Below, piece by piece: positions 13,850 through 28,119 of a stretch of DNA of 64,000 nt. Both the position numbers and the translations under genes were made by a program. The notes beneath the pieces were generated by a model. That model was not told where the DNA came from. It saw only the letters and a program-made list of their open reading frames with translations, and did not search any database. This stretch comes from Octopus vulgaris. Its lineage: Eukaryota. The stretch is taken from assembly GCA_951406725.2 (NCBI GenBank), contig OX597837.1:44516001-44580000 (forward strand). Reading direction: 5' to 3'. The stretch's first letter is position 1. Every line of letters begins with the position of its first letter.

Positions 13850-14291
13850 GCGACGACAACGACGACGACGACGATGACACTGATGAAGATGATGCTGATG
13901 GGGATGGTGGTGGTGATGATGATGGTGATAAATGATGACGATTATGATGATGATGACGATGATGATGATGATGATGATGATGAAGATGATGCTGATGGGG
14001 ATGGTGGTGGTGGTGATGATGGTGATAAATGATGACGATTATGATGATGATGACGATGATGATGATGATGATGATGAAGATGATGCTGATGGGGATGGTG
14101 GTGGTGGTGATGATGGTGATAAATGATGATGATTATGACGATGATGATGATGATGATGATGGTGGTGGTAGTAAGGATGATGATGATGAAGATGATGCTG
14201 ATGGGATGATGGTGGTGATGATGATGATGATGGGATGGTAGTGATGATGATGATAATGAGGATGAGGATGAGGATGGGATGGTGGTGGTGG

Positions 14292-14323
<32 letters not shown>

Positions 14324-14440
14324 GTGGTGGTGATGATGGTGGTGGTGATGATGATGATGATAGTAGTGTTGATGATGGATACTGATGCTGCTGATGACGA
14401 TGATAGTGATGGCAATCATGACAATGATGATGATGATTAG
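13850..14440. repeat. (GAT/GGT)n microsatellite with a ~96-100-bp higher-order unit
   Basis: Unit gaagatgatgctgatggggatggtggtggt...gataaatgatgacgattatg recurs at ~13884, ~13982 and ~14075, and partly at ~14188. Confidence 0.85.
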
Positions 14441-14571
14441 ATATGATTGATCAAAGGGGCAATGATTTTCTTTCTTAAGTAAGGATTTCTTTGCATTAAT
14501 GAATTTTAGACGAAGACAAGAAGAAGAAGAAGAAGAAGAAGAAGAAGAAGAAGAAGAAGAAGAAGAAGAAG

Positions 14572-14602
<31 letters not shown>

Positions 14603-15182
14603 TCGTTAGCACTTACAAATTCTTAATTGTCACAAGGAGGAAAGAAACGTAATTAATAACAATAATAAAACGAGATTCATAACTAATAAAACTGCAATGA
14701 AAAGCGGCGCCGGCTTCGGTGGTGGTGGTCGTGGTAGTGATGGTGGTGATGGTGGTGATAGTGGTGGTGGTGGTGGTGGTGGTGGTGGCATATGAATGTA
14801 TACACAAACGTATTCACACACTTGGTCTCATGGACACACAGACACACATATACATACGTTCATGTCTTTATATCGTGGCACTCCGTCGGTTGCGACGACG
14901 ATGATTCCAGTTGATCCAGCATGGCCACAGTTTAATGACTGAAACAAGTAAAAGAAAAAGATAAAAGATATATACATACACACACGCGTACATGCGTATA
15001 TACATATACCTATTCTAAACACTCATATTCATATATATATATATACATACGCACATACAAGTAACTGGTCCTCCGTCGGTTAAGATGACGAGGGATCCAA
15101 TCAACCGAATAACCTGCTCGTGAAATTATTATTATTATTATCTACATCATCATAATCATCATCATAATTATTATTATTAGTA

Positions 15183-15744
<562 letters not shown>

Positions 15745-15745
15745 G

Positions 15746-15776
<31 letters not shown>

Positions 15777-16002
15777 ATACTTGTATTAAAACTGCAAAAG
15801 TCTTTACAAACTATTACTCAGAGTTTCACGTTACCATTTCTCGGACAGTTGTGATCATACTATATATACATATATATAAAGCATCTTACTCGAGGACACA
15901 ACACTCAGCCCGGTCCGGGAATCGAACTCGCAACTTCCCATGCGCCTTCCTTTATAAACATACTACATGTTTGTATCATCTATTAACATACTATATTGTT
16001 AT

Positions 16003-16608
16003 GTATTTCCTTACTGCCCATAAGGGGCTAAACATAGAGGGGACAAACAAGAACAGACAAAGGGATTAAGTCGATTACATCGACCCCAGTGCGAAACTGG
16101 TGCTTTATTTATCGACCCCGAAAGAATGAAATGCAAAGACGACCTCGGCGGAATTTGAACTCAGAAAGGTAACGACAGACGAAATACCTATTTCTTTACT
16201 ATCCACAAGGGGCTAAACACAGAGGGGACAAGCAAGGACAGACACACGGATTAAGTCGATTACATCGACCCAAGTGCAAAACTGGTGCTTTATTTATCGA
16301 CCCCGAAAGGATGAAATGCAAAGACGACCTCGGCGGAATTTGAACTCAGAACGTAACGACAGACGAAATACCTATTTATTTACTATCCACAAGGGGCTAA
16401 ACACAGAGGGGACAAGCAATTATAGACATACGGATTCAGTCGATTACATCGACCCCAGTACGTAACTGGTACTTATTTAATCGAACTCCGGAAAGGATGA
16501 AAGACAAAGTCTATCTCAGCGGAATTTGAACTCAGAACGTAACGACAGACGAAATACCGCTAAGCATTTCGCCCGGCGTTGCTAACGATTCTGCCAGCTC
16601 GCCGCCTT
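16003..16608 (-). mobile_element. tRNA-derived Meta-type SINE (family B), tandem trimer of a ~185-bp body
   Basis: Head ggcggcgagctggcagaatcgttagc on -, B box gagttcaaattcc, Meta-like ttcatcctttcggggtcgataaa..gtaccag; the body is repeated three times. Confidence 0.85.
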
Positions 16609-16919
16609 ATAACATACTGTATTCTTATATACATCCTGCATTTTTACCTTTTGTCCTCAGCCCACTTACAAAGCATCTAAATACATACTGTATAATAGAT
16701 CTACTGTACATTCCTATTTTGTTTTCAGTTACGTTCTGCATCTATAAACAAGCCATATACTTATATATACTCTACATCCAGCTTCTATCTTTGTTCCAAT
16801 TTTTTATGACGATTTCGTTTGTTTTACGACATATTTCCCCTGCTTTAAATTACTTTCTGCTTTTGTCTTTATGTTATTGATTTTGTTACTGTTTTCTCTT
16901 CGTCTTCATTTATTCGTGC

Positions 16920-17056
<137 letters not shown>

Positions 17057-17186
17057 TACAATGAATAAAAGAACGTTTGTTTACTCTTCGATTTTTCGTG
17101 TCTAAATAATTTTTTTATTCTTTATTTCTTGAGGAATACTTACCTTCCTCGAATAAACGTCGTCGTCGATGACGTAGTGGTAGCAG

Positions 17187-17264
<78 letters not shown>

Positions 17265-17559
17265 AATTATTGATGGAGAGTGAGGAATTAAGGCTAATAG
17301 TCCGGATATTGTTGTCAGAGATATTTAAAAAAGTGTTTTGATGTATCGATACCACTGAGTGTGACAAGGCTGGCCTTTTGAAATACAGGTACTAATCATT
17401 TTTGCCAGCTGAGTGGACTGGAACAAGGTGAAAAAGTCGCCGGGAATTGAACTCACGACCTTAAGATCGCGAACCGAATGCCCTAACCGCTAGGCCATGG
17501 GGCACAAAAATCTTTTAAGTGCATAGGGCGGCCCTGCATCTGTTCCTTAAACAAGGAGG

Positions 17560-19167
17560 ACGTGATCTGAAACAAATTGAATGCTTCTAGGAAATAACAA
17601 ATGTTGGACAGCACTAGTGCTTAGAAACAAAGAACGAAAGATTCATAAATGTTATAAAGAAACACGAAAAGAACAAAAAAACTGTTCTCAATACACTCGG
17701 AAACGATGAAATACAAAGGCATGGATTATATAGGAACAATAATTTTAGATAATAGAACAACAGGAACGGTAAAATATACAAAACAAATATGAAAATAAAA
17801 ATACAAAACCTGAAGAAATGAAAGAAAAAAAAAACCTTTCATGGTCGATATCTTGAAAGGCTCGAAAGAAAAGAAATATGCCAAAGTGAAAGTCAACAAT
17901 GGCTCAAAAGCTCTGACCTAAAAGCAGAAACAGCGGGACTGAATTTTGCACTGCGAGAATAATGTTTGACCACAAACAACTATAAAAATTAGAAATATTG
18001 AATTTCTAAATGTCTCAGAGAGACATGATCCGTGGTGGAGCGATATCGTGGTCGTATACTGTCAACTCAATGTGACAGTCTCGTAAGGGAATACACCACC
18101 GCCATTTAGCCCTAGGAAACATCGACGTCTCCTGTCGGCTTTGATACATTTTCTGTGTCCTTATATTTGCAAAGGGGAGGCAATCACCCCCGCCAGCTAG
18201 GACTAAGCACCTGAAGACATATGTTTCTGAGTTTATTGCTCGTCGTCAGTCCATAAAAATAAAATCATGAAAATGGATCCAAACACAAAATAGAGTACAA
18301 GGATATAGTTGACTACATCATGGCTGATTGCTAAGCCCTTGTCAAATCTGAGTATATACACAAGCATGTTCGTATTGCCAGCAACATCCACTGGGCAATA
18401 AGCTGACGCTTCAATGAGACACCAAGTGGTACAACCGTGCACCGGACACTGCGTTTGAGTACGATCTGGTCGCAATAATCTGGGTTATGTCCACTCTAAC
18501 TGACAAAAAAGATCAAGGTGAACTGTCCTGACATAATAATGGTTACAAATATTGCCACAAGGCCAGGAATATCGGGGGAGGGGGTAAATCGATTACATCG
18601 ACCCCAGTGTCCAACTGGTATTTATCTTATCGACCGCGGATGGATAAAAACCAGAGTCGACCTCGGCAGAATTTGAACTCGGAACATAAAGAAGGACGAA
18701 ATACCTATTTCTTTACTGCCCACAAGGGGCTACACACAGAGGGGACCAACAAGGACAGACAAACGCATTAAGTCGATTATATCAACCCCAGTGCGTAACT
18801 GGTACTTATTTAATCAACCCCGAAAGGATGAAATGTATAGTTGACCTCGGCCGAATTTGAACTCAGAACGTAACGGCAGACGAAATACGGCTACGCATTT
18901 CGCCCGGCGTGCTAACGATTCTGCCAACTCGCCGCCTTATTAATGATAAAGATAATTATTTCTACTAAAGGCACAAGGCCTGAAATTTACAAGGAGAGGG
19001 CTAGTTGATTACATCGATCCCAGTGTTTTACTGGTACTTCATTTATCGATCTCGAAAGAATAAAAGCAAAGTCGAATTCGGTGGAATTTGAACTCAGAAC
19101 ATAGAGACAGGTGAAATACCACTAAGCATTTCGCCCACCGTGCTAACTATTCCGCCAGGGTTCTACC

Positions 19168-19245
<78 letters not shown>

Positions 19246-19670
19246 TTTTCTACTCTTGGCACAAGGCTCGAAATTTTGGGGGAGGGGCTAGTCGATTAGA
19301 TCGACCCCAGTACGCAACTAGTATTTAATTTGTCGACCCCGAAAGGATGAAAGGCAAAGTCGACCTCGGCGGAATTTGAACTCAGAACGTAGCGACGGGC
19401 GAAATGTCGCTAAGCATTTTGCCCAGCGTGTTAACGATTCTGTCAGCTTGCCGCCTTTTCTGCCAGCTACCTTGTGAGCATGGTATCTCGGCAAAAGAAT
19501 ATGATAAACTCTGAAAGTATAAAGATTTGCTAATCGAAATCGTAAAGATGTGGCATCTCAAGACGGTTACAATACCAGTGATTGTCGGAGCAATTCGAAT
19601 GAGAAGAAAAGGAACTGAAAATTATTTTAAAATGATCCCTGGTTTACACAAACTATACGAAGAAATTAGA
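17560..19670 (+). mobile_element. Highly decayed R4/Dong-like (REL-endonuclease) non-LTR element, 3' part, interrupted by SINE copies and (TAA)n
   Basis: LKAETAGLIL-like segment (~17915), IVDYIMADC..LVKSEYIHKH.RIASNIHWAI (~18305-18400, CCHC region), KYKDLLIEIVKMWHLKTVTIPVIVGAI (~19515-19595). Confidence 0.6.
18550..19458 (-). mobile_element. Cluster of SINE family B copies separated by (TAA)n
   Basis: Four family B bodies at ~18550-18705, ~18705-18938, ~18960-19160 and ~19245-19458. Confidence 0.85.
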
Positions 19671-19870
19671 GGGTAGAATATAGGCTCAGTGATACACACA
19701 GATATAGATAGATAGATAGGTAGATACATAGATATATTTATATATATATAGAGAGAGAGAGAGAAGGAGAAAGAGGGAGACAGATAGATATATACTTCTC
19801 TATTCCCTACGATATTAAGCCTTCCACTTTTGTCGTCATACATGGTCTGTAGATAGATAGATAGATAGAC

Positions 19871-19984
<114 letters not shown>

Positions 19985-20204
19985 ATAGACTTGTGAATTT
20001 TCTTTCCTTTTCTCCCCTTTATTTTTTCTTTTTTTTTCTCTATCTTTCTTCCCCTTTTTCTCAATCACATGACTTTGTAAATGTGTTTATTTTATTGGCC
20101 TACCAATGCATACAGTGCGTTTCTCTGCCCTAGGTGTCAGGAGGATACTCGGCAAGACATGGAGACGGAACTGAAAGAAGATGATAATGAAAATAATAAT
20201 AATA

Positions 20205-20480
20205 GTTTCGTATTAAGGAAGGCAAAGGTAGAATATCAGTTCAGAAATGGTAAGGGGAAAATTAACCTTTTGCTCTAACATGGATGATCTGAAGCTTTTT
20301 AGTAAAAATGAAAAACAAGTAGATTCCTTAATACAGATTGTAAGACTCTTCAGCAAAGATATAGGCATAGAATTTGGCCTGGATAAGTATGCAATATTAG
20401 TCATGAAAAGGGGACAGGTAGTCAACAGTGAAGGAATCTAATTATCAGATGGCTAGACATTAAAAATCATTAAAAGAAGA
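20205..20480 (+). mobile_element. R4/Dong-like RT fragment
   Basis: MDDLKLFSKNEKQVDSLIQIVRLFSKDIGIEFGLDKYAILVMKRG, the YMDD region of R4-type RT. Confidence 0.75.
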
Positions 20481-20954
20481 GAGATAATGGAGAAAACCAC
20501 TACCCCAAATCTCCCTGAGCGCCAAGGGCAACCCGGTCCAGGAATTGAACCCTGAGATGAAGTGTTTTGCTCAAAAACCGAACGGGCAACCCGGTCCAGG
20601 AATTGAACCCACGGTTTCGCGATCGTAAGTGCAACATTAGCTCATTGGTCAGTCTAGGACTAAAATAGAAGACACTTGCCCAATGTACCACGCAGTGGGA
20701 CTGACCCCGAAGCCGCGTGGTTGCAAAGCGAATCTCTTAACCACACAGCCATGTTTGCACTAGACATGCCTACGCCCAGCCATACCTGCGCCTACTCCTG
20801 CCCTCTTCTTCCCTCGCCTGTGCTTGTCTTATTCTTAAACGGCCCTTGGATATTACGATAAGCAACTCGAGAATTCATCAGGATTTGAACTTAGTCTCTA
20901 AAGAGCTGCTACTAAATAACCTAATCCACTGATTTTTATTTTACATCAACTAAT

Positions 20955-21480
20955 ACCACCACCATTACCACCGCTACCACCACCATCACCACCACTACCA
21001 TTACTACCACCACCACCACCACCACCACCACCAACACCACCAACACCACCGCCACCACCGCCACCACCACCATCACTACCATCATCGCCATTACCATCAC
21101 CACCGCCAAAACCACCACCACCACTACCATCACTACCGTCACCACCACCACACACCACCACCACACACCACCACCACCACCACCACCACCACTACCACTA
21201 CCATCACAACTGCCACCACCACCATCACTACCACCACCATCACCACCACCACCGAAAAACCACCACCACCACCGCCAAAACCACCACCACCACTACCATC
21301 ACTACCGCCACCACCACCACACACCACCACCACCACCGCTACTACCACCACCACTACCACCACCGCCACTACCATCACCACCGCCACCACCACCACTACC
21401 ATCCCCACCACCATCGTCACTACCATCACCACCACCACACACACCACCACCACCACCACCACCAACACAGCCACCGCCAC
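20955..21480. repeat. (ACC)n-rich degenerate microsatellite
   Basis: Direct reading. Confidence 0.9.
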
Positions 21481-22169
21481 TAGAAAGTAGTAACACGTTT
21501 TTTCGCCCCTCTTCCCTTAATCTCCCCACCAACACAAATGATGATGATGATGAAGAGGATAGCTTTAATGTTTGTCCTCGTTCTATTTACCCGTTTCCTT
21601 TCGCTCCAATGTCGAGCGTGACCCGAAGAATGCCTCCTCGTTCGTACACTTCCGATCGCTCACAGCATTTTTCTTAACACCAAACAATCTCTAGACGTGT
21701 CGTGTCTCTGCTGTTCATCCTATTCGTTATTCTTGTTTATTATATTTGTCGTTTAACCTTGTTGTTGTTCTTGGTTGGTCATCGTGTTGTTTTTGTTGTT
21801 CTTGGTTGGTGATCGTGTTGTTGTTGTTGTTGTTCATGTTCGTGTTATTGTTATCGCTGGTCTTGATTAATCCCCTTAAAAAAAATAAAGAAAAACAAAC
21901 GGTCACCTTACAAGACAGGTAAATATGATTGTATGTTACAAATGAAACGAAATCAGATTGAAAATCGTTGGATATTGGCATTCAGTGTAAACACACAAAC
22001 CACTCTCTCTTTCTCCCTCTCTCTCTCTTTCTCTCTTCCTTTCTCTCTCTTCCTTTTTCTCTCTCTCTCTTCCTTTCTCTCTCTCTCTCTCTTTCTCTCT
22101 TCCTTTCTCTCTCTCTCTTCCTTTCTCTCTCTCTCTCTCTTCCTTTTTCGCTCTCTCTGTCTCCCTTCC

Positions 22170-22258
<89 letters not shown>

Positions 22259-22344
22259 TTCTCTCTTCCTTCTCTCTCTCTCTCTCTCTCTCTACGCCCC
22301 TCTCTCCCTCTGTGTGTGTGTGTGTGCATCTATATTCTTCTTTT

Positions 22345-22655
22345 ATTCTTTTACTGGTGTCAGTCATTTGACTGTGGCCGTGCTGGAGCACCGCCTTTAG
22401 TCGAGCAAATCGACCCCAGGACTTACGCTTTGTAATCCTAGTACTCATTCTATCGGGCTCTTTTGCCGAACCGCTAGTTGACAATGTCGTAAACAGACCA
22501 GTGATGGTGTGGTGGTGGTGGTAGGGGGGGTCAAACAGACACATAATCATACGCACACACACATATACAACGGGCTTCTTTCAGTTTCCGTCTTCTAAAT
22601 CCACTCACAAGGCGTTGGTCAACCCGAGACTATAGTAGAAGACACTTACACAAGG
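22345..22655 (-). mobile_element. SINE family A (head truncated)
   Basis: Collinear similarity to other copies. Confidence 0.8.
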
Positions 22656-22685
22656 TATATATATATGTAGATACATATATATATT

Positions 22686-22731
<46 letters not shown>

Positions 22732-22985
22732 TGTGTATGCATATATGGTGATGATGATGAGGAGGAGGAAGAGGTGGAGGAAGAAGAACAAAAGAATGAT
22801 GATGAGGAGGATGAGAAGGAGGAAGAGAAGATGGGGTGGAAGTAGAGGAGGAAGAAGAACAAGAAGAAGATGGTCATGGTGATGATAAAGAGGTGGAGGA
22901 GGAGGGGTGGAAGAGGAGGTGGAGGAAGAAGAAGGAAAGCAGGAGGAAAAAGGAAGACAACGAACAAAAGTAAAAGGAAAGAAAG

Positions 22986-23150
22986 AGAAGAAGAAGAAGA
23001 AGAAGAAGAAGAAGAAGAAGAAGAAGAAGAAGAAGAAGAAGAAGAAGAAGAAGAAGAAGAAGAAGAAGAAGAAGAAGAAGAAGAAGAAGAAGAAGAAGAA
23101 GAAGAAGAAGAAGAAGAAGAAGAAGAAGAAGAAGAAGAAGAAGAAGAAGA
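22986..23150. repeat. Pure (GAA)n tract (similar tracts at ~14518-14572 and ~61197-61447)
   Basis: Direct reading. Confidence 0.95.
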
Positions 23151-23419
23151 CCGAATAGGTCAAAGAATACGATGATGGGTGCGACGACGAAGACGACGAA
23201 TGAACAGAAGGGGTAGCAGGCAGAGGAGATAAAAAAAGAAGAAGGAGGAAAAAAGATGGAAGCTGTGAGGTTGTATCACTAATTGTATTGACAATGTCAC
23301 GTGTTGCTTCTTAAGACAAACTAAAGTATTTTCTTTAAACAACATATAACGCCTTAAAGGGAAGCAGCTGAACAGGTCTTTATAGTGTATAGCCCCTGTG
23401 TGTGTGTGTGTGTATATAT

Positions 23420-23464
<45 letters not shown>

Positions 23465-23485
23465 TATATACATATATATATATAC

Positions 23486-23585
<100 letters not shown>

Positions 23586-23765
23586 GTATGTATCTATATA
23601 TATGTATATTGTAGAGCAACAGCTAAACAACACAACGAAGAGACACACAGGCATTATGCATATATATAGATACATACATACATACATACATACGTACATA
23701 CATACATAATACATACACATGACTAGGCCTATGTCTGTGCGTACATATACACATACATATGTATG

Positions 23766-23916
<151 letters not shown>

Positions 23917-24682
23917 AGAGAGATAGTGGTGCAGATAAACATGATGTGCCTTGATATATATATAAATATACATATACACACAATAGTATATATAAGTATA
24001 TATAGAAATATATTTAGATACATATAACTGTGTGTGTGTGTATGTTTACAGGTATTGTGATGCAAACAGGATAAGTGCCAACGCACGAAACTCTCGAACT
24101 TGAGTCACACTGTCACTTCTGCTAATTATTAATATGTAACTCCTAAAATACCTAATTTTGTCATAAAATGTTCAGTAAACCGTGTTCTGTGTGAGACATT
24201 CCACCAGTATATGAAATTTCAAAACTGTTTAGTTACAAAAAAATATTAATTAAAAAATCTGAGCCAATCTGAACAGATCCTGACAGTAACTTCGAAGTGT
24301 CGTCCTGTTAACATCCATCGAGATGTCGAGTAGGCCAGAGCTTCGAAGTTACTTTTAATACTATACTTATAGAAGCATGATAAATATGTACTCAATAAAA
24401 TGTATTGCGTATTCAATTTAATTTAAAATGTAGTGTTTTACTCAAAAACAGAACAAGCAACCTGGTCCAGGAATTGAACCCACGGTTTCGCGATCGTAAG
24501 TGCAACACTAATTCATTGGTCAGCCTAAGACTAAACTAGAAGACACTTGCCCAATGTACCACGCAGTGGGACTGAACCCGAAGTCGCGTGGTTGACATAA
24601 AAACAAAGTCTGATTCAGACTGTTGTGTGAAGCTTTTTCTGGAAACTGGGAAGATCCTAATTGGAGGGAGAGTTGGAGAGAG

Positions 24683-25058
24683 ACTGCGGCCATGCTGGAA
24701 CACCGCCTCTAGTCGAGCAAATGGACCCCAGGTCTTATTCTTTGTGAGCCTAGTACTATCGGGGTTTTTTGCCGAAACGCTAGGTTACGGGGACGTAAAC
24801 ACACCAGTATCGGTTGTCAAGCGATGGTGGGGGTGACAATCACAGGCACACAAACATATACACACACATACATATACATACATACATACATATATATTCG
24901 ACGGGCTTCTTTCTGTTTCCATCTACCAAATCCACTCACAAGGCTTTGGTCGATCCGAGGCTATAGAAGAAGACCCTTGCCCAAGGTGCCACACAGTGGG
25001 ATTGAACCCGGAACCATGTGGTTTGTAAGCAAGCTACTTACCACACAGCCACTCCCGT
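24683..25058 (-). mobile_element. SINE family A
   Basis: Collinear similarity to other copies. Confidence 0.85.
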
Positions 25059-25103
25059 GCCTATCTATCTATCTATCAATCTATCTATCTATCTATCTAG
25101 ATG

Positions 25104-25161
<58 letters not shown>

Positions 25162-25856
25162 CAGATAGATACATAGATAGATAAATAGATAAACATAGAT
25201 GATAATTTTTAAGGCCTCCTTCGAGGTAAATGCTAGAAAAATAGCTATCCGGTACACCAAGAAACTGAAACAATTTCTGCTTTCTATATACAAAGAAATA
25301 ACGACAACACGACACCGTCACATTATATAATCGTGACAAAAGGAACAAATTCGCTGTCGGATACAATTACGCAGTCGGATATAATGCCAAAAAAACAGAA
25401 GTAACAATTTTCTCAATGACAAAAACAAATTTATAAAAATCCAGTGAGACAGCTAATCAAAAGTGAAACTGAAGAAACTTATTAAAATAAATAAGGAACC
25501 CCTTATTCCTACTTCCGGTATTTACTCTTGGACATAGCTACAAAAGAGCCAGTTAAGACGCATGATAACCTAGGTAAACATACCCAACGCATAAGATCGC
25601 AAAACAAACAGATAACATTATCAAACAATGTCTAGTAGAGAAACTGTGTACAGTCTTGATTATACTAACACAGTTTAAACACCTCCCGAGAGATATGTCC
25701 AAGTTAGAGTGAGAGTTATTTTATTATGTAACGAATTAACGAGCGAGATCAATAAGAATGAAAAGCAGCCAGCTCAGAGCAATTAATTTGCTAAACAGAA
25801 GAGAGATACTCTAAAGTAAAAAATAATAAAAAATCTAGTTAGATACAAACAATATT

Positions 25857-26083
25857 ACTCTTTACTCTTTACTCTTTTACTTGTTTCAGTCGGTTGACTG
25901 CGGCCATGCTGGAGCACAGCCTTTAGTCGAGCAACTCGACCCCGGGACTTATTCTTTTTGTAAGCCCAGTACTTATTCTATCGGTCTCTTTTGCCGAACC
26001 GCTAAGTTACGGGGACATAAACACACCAGCATCAGTTGTCAAGCAATGCTAGGGGGACAAACACAGACACACAAACATACACG

Positions 26084-26150
<67 letters not shown>

Positions 26151-26395
26151 ATATATACATAAACAAAGTCAAATGCGATACAATAAAATTAATAATTATC
26201 ATGTATATATATATATATATATATACATATATCCGACAGGCTTTTTTCAGTTTCCGTCTACCAAATCCACTCACAAGGCTTTGGTCGGCCCGTGGCTATA
26301 GTAGAAGATACTTGCCCAAAGTATCACGCAGTGGGACTGAACCCGGAACCATGTGGTTTGTAAGCAAGCTACTTACCACACAGCCTCTCCTGCGT
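25857..26395 (-). mobile_element. SINE family A
   Basis: Full-length copy with an expanded internal (TA)n. Confidence 0.85.
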
Positions 26396-26576
26396 TTAAT
26401 ATATCTACCATCTATTCTGAGTGTTAGGATAATATTGCTGTTTCTGTCTGTCACCTACGTACACCAACACGTATGTGTGGCTTAATAACGGAAGCAACAA
26501 TGTCGTTTCCGGTTACTCAGTATGGATTAAGCTGTATTATTCTGTGGTATCTTTCTCTTTTAAATTTCTCTCTCTC

Positions 26577-26607
<31 letters not shown>

Positions 26608-26812
26608 GTTATTCTTATACAAGAATATTGCTAACAGTGACTTCGAAGTTTCGGCTAGCTAAGATATCGTTGGACGATGGCTTAACTGGCCGAAACTTCG
26701 AAATCCCAGTCAACAACATTTTTGTATAAGAATATTAAATTTGTTCTCTACAAAAGTATAGAGAAGCCCATCAAATTAATTTATTATAACTGAATATAAA
26801 AGAAATTAATAC

Positions 26813-26892
<80 letters not shown>

Positions 26893-26896
26893 ATTT

Positions 26897-26977
<81 letters not shown>

Positions 26978-26978
26978 C

Positions 26979-27036
<58 letters not shown>

Positions 27037-27163
27037 ATTTTCTTTCTATCTGTCTATTCAACATTAAATATAGAAGTCTGTTAAAAAAGGCAAAGAAAAA
27101 AAACACTACAAGCCTTAAGGTAGAATATGGTTGCATTGCTGACATGAAACAAATTATAAGTAA

Positions 27164-27563
27164 CTAGCAGTATCGCCCGGCGTTGTTCGGGTTTGTAAGG
27201 GAAATAACTATATAAGCATTTTTAGAGAGTTATAGCCAAAAAATAGCAAAAAAATGCATTAAAAATGGAAAAAAATGATGGTAAATTTTTTTTTAATCGT
27301 TGACTCATCGTAGACATTTTAGAGAGTTACTTCCCTTATATAATAGCGAAAAAATGCGTTAAAATAGAAAAAAAAATTATGGTAAATTTTTTTTTAAATC
27401 GTAGACTCATCGTAGACGCGCGCTAATACCCAGAAGGGCTCGATATGAATCACGACTATAAGATACCCGGTTTTGGTTAAACTGCACCATAAAATGTGGG
27501 AGTAGTTAGGAATCTAAATCGTAGGAGACAGACACCACACAACCTCACTTTTATATATAAAGA
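27164..27563 (-). mobile_element. Non-autonomous Helitron
   Basis: Minus strand begins TC(tttatatataaaa) and ends cccgaacaacgccggg hairpin + cgatactgCTAG; inserted between A and T, no TSD. Confidence 0.8.
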
Positions 27564-28119
27564 TAATGCTAGCACTCTCCATGGAGCAACTTGCTCGTAT
27601 GGAAACAAGAGGCCGTAGTCGTTGAAAATATCTTGCAATACAGAGGCCATCAAAAACGAAGCAGAGGTTTAATCAACAGCCAAACAAATTTGTCATCTCA
27701 CCCTCTGTAGTAGAAGACATTTGCCGAAGGTGCCACGTAGTGGGACTGAACCTGGAACTATGTGGTTGGGAAGATTCTTGCTACACAGCAACACCTACGC
27801 TCGTGTGTTACAATTGCGTCATTTTTAAGTACATATCTTGAAAAGAACCATTCTTGTCTTTGTCTGATTTCATCAGAAATCATTTGCTTTGAGAATCAAT
27901 TACGAAAGCATTACGTTTTTTTCCCCAACTCAGACAAATATTTTGTTTGTATCGATTAAGGAAGTGTTCATTGTCTGATTTCATCAGAAATCATTTCATA
28001 AAACGTAGTTTTTATGTGCAACCAACAACAAATATTTTGTTTGTATCGATTAAGGAAGTGTTCATTGATATTCCTCTCTCCGACTCCGAACTGTCAGCTT
28101 ATTCAATAAAGCAGATGAG

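Noticed and set aside
16003-16560. CRISPR-like or satellite array
   Set aside because: The units are whole SINE bodies with no unique spacers, in a eukaryotic context.
27861-28067. ~100-110-bp tandem duplication before the RTE LINE
   Set aside because: Real, but a simple two-unit non-coding duplication with no further structure evident.
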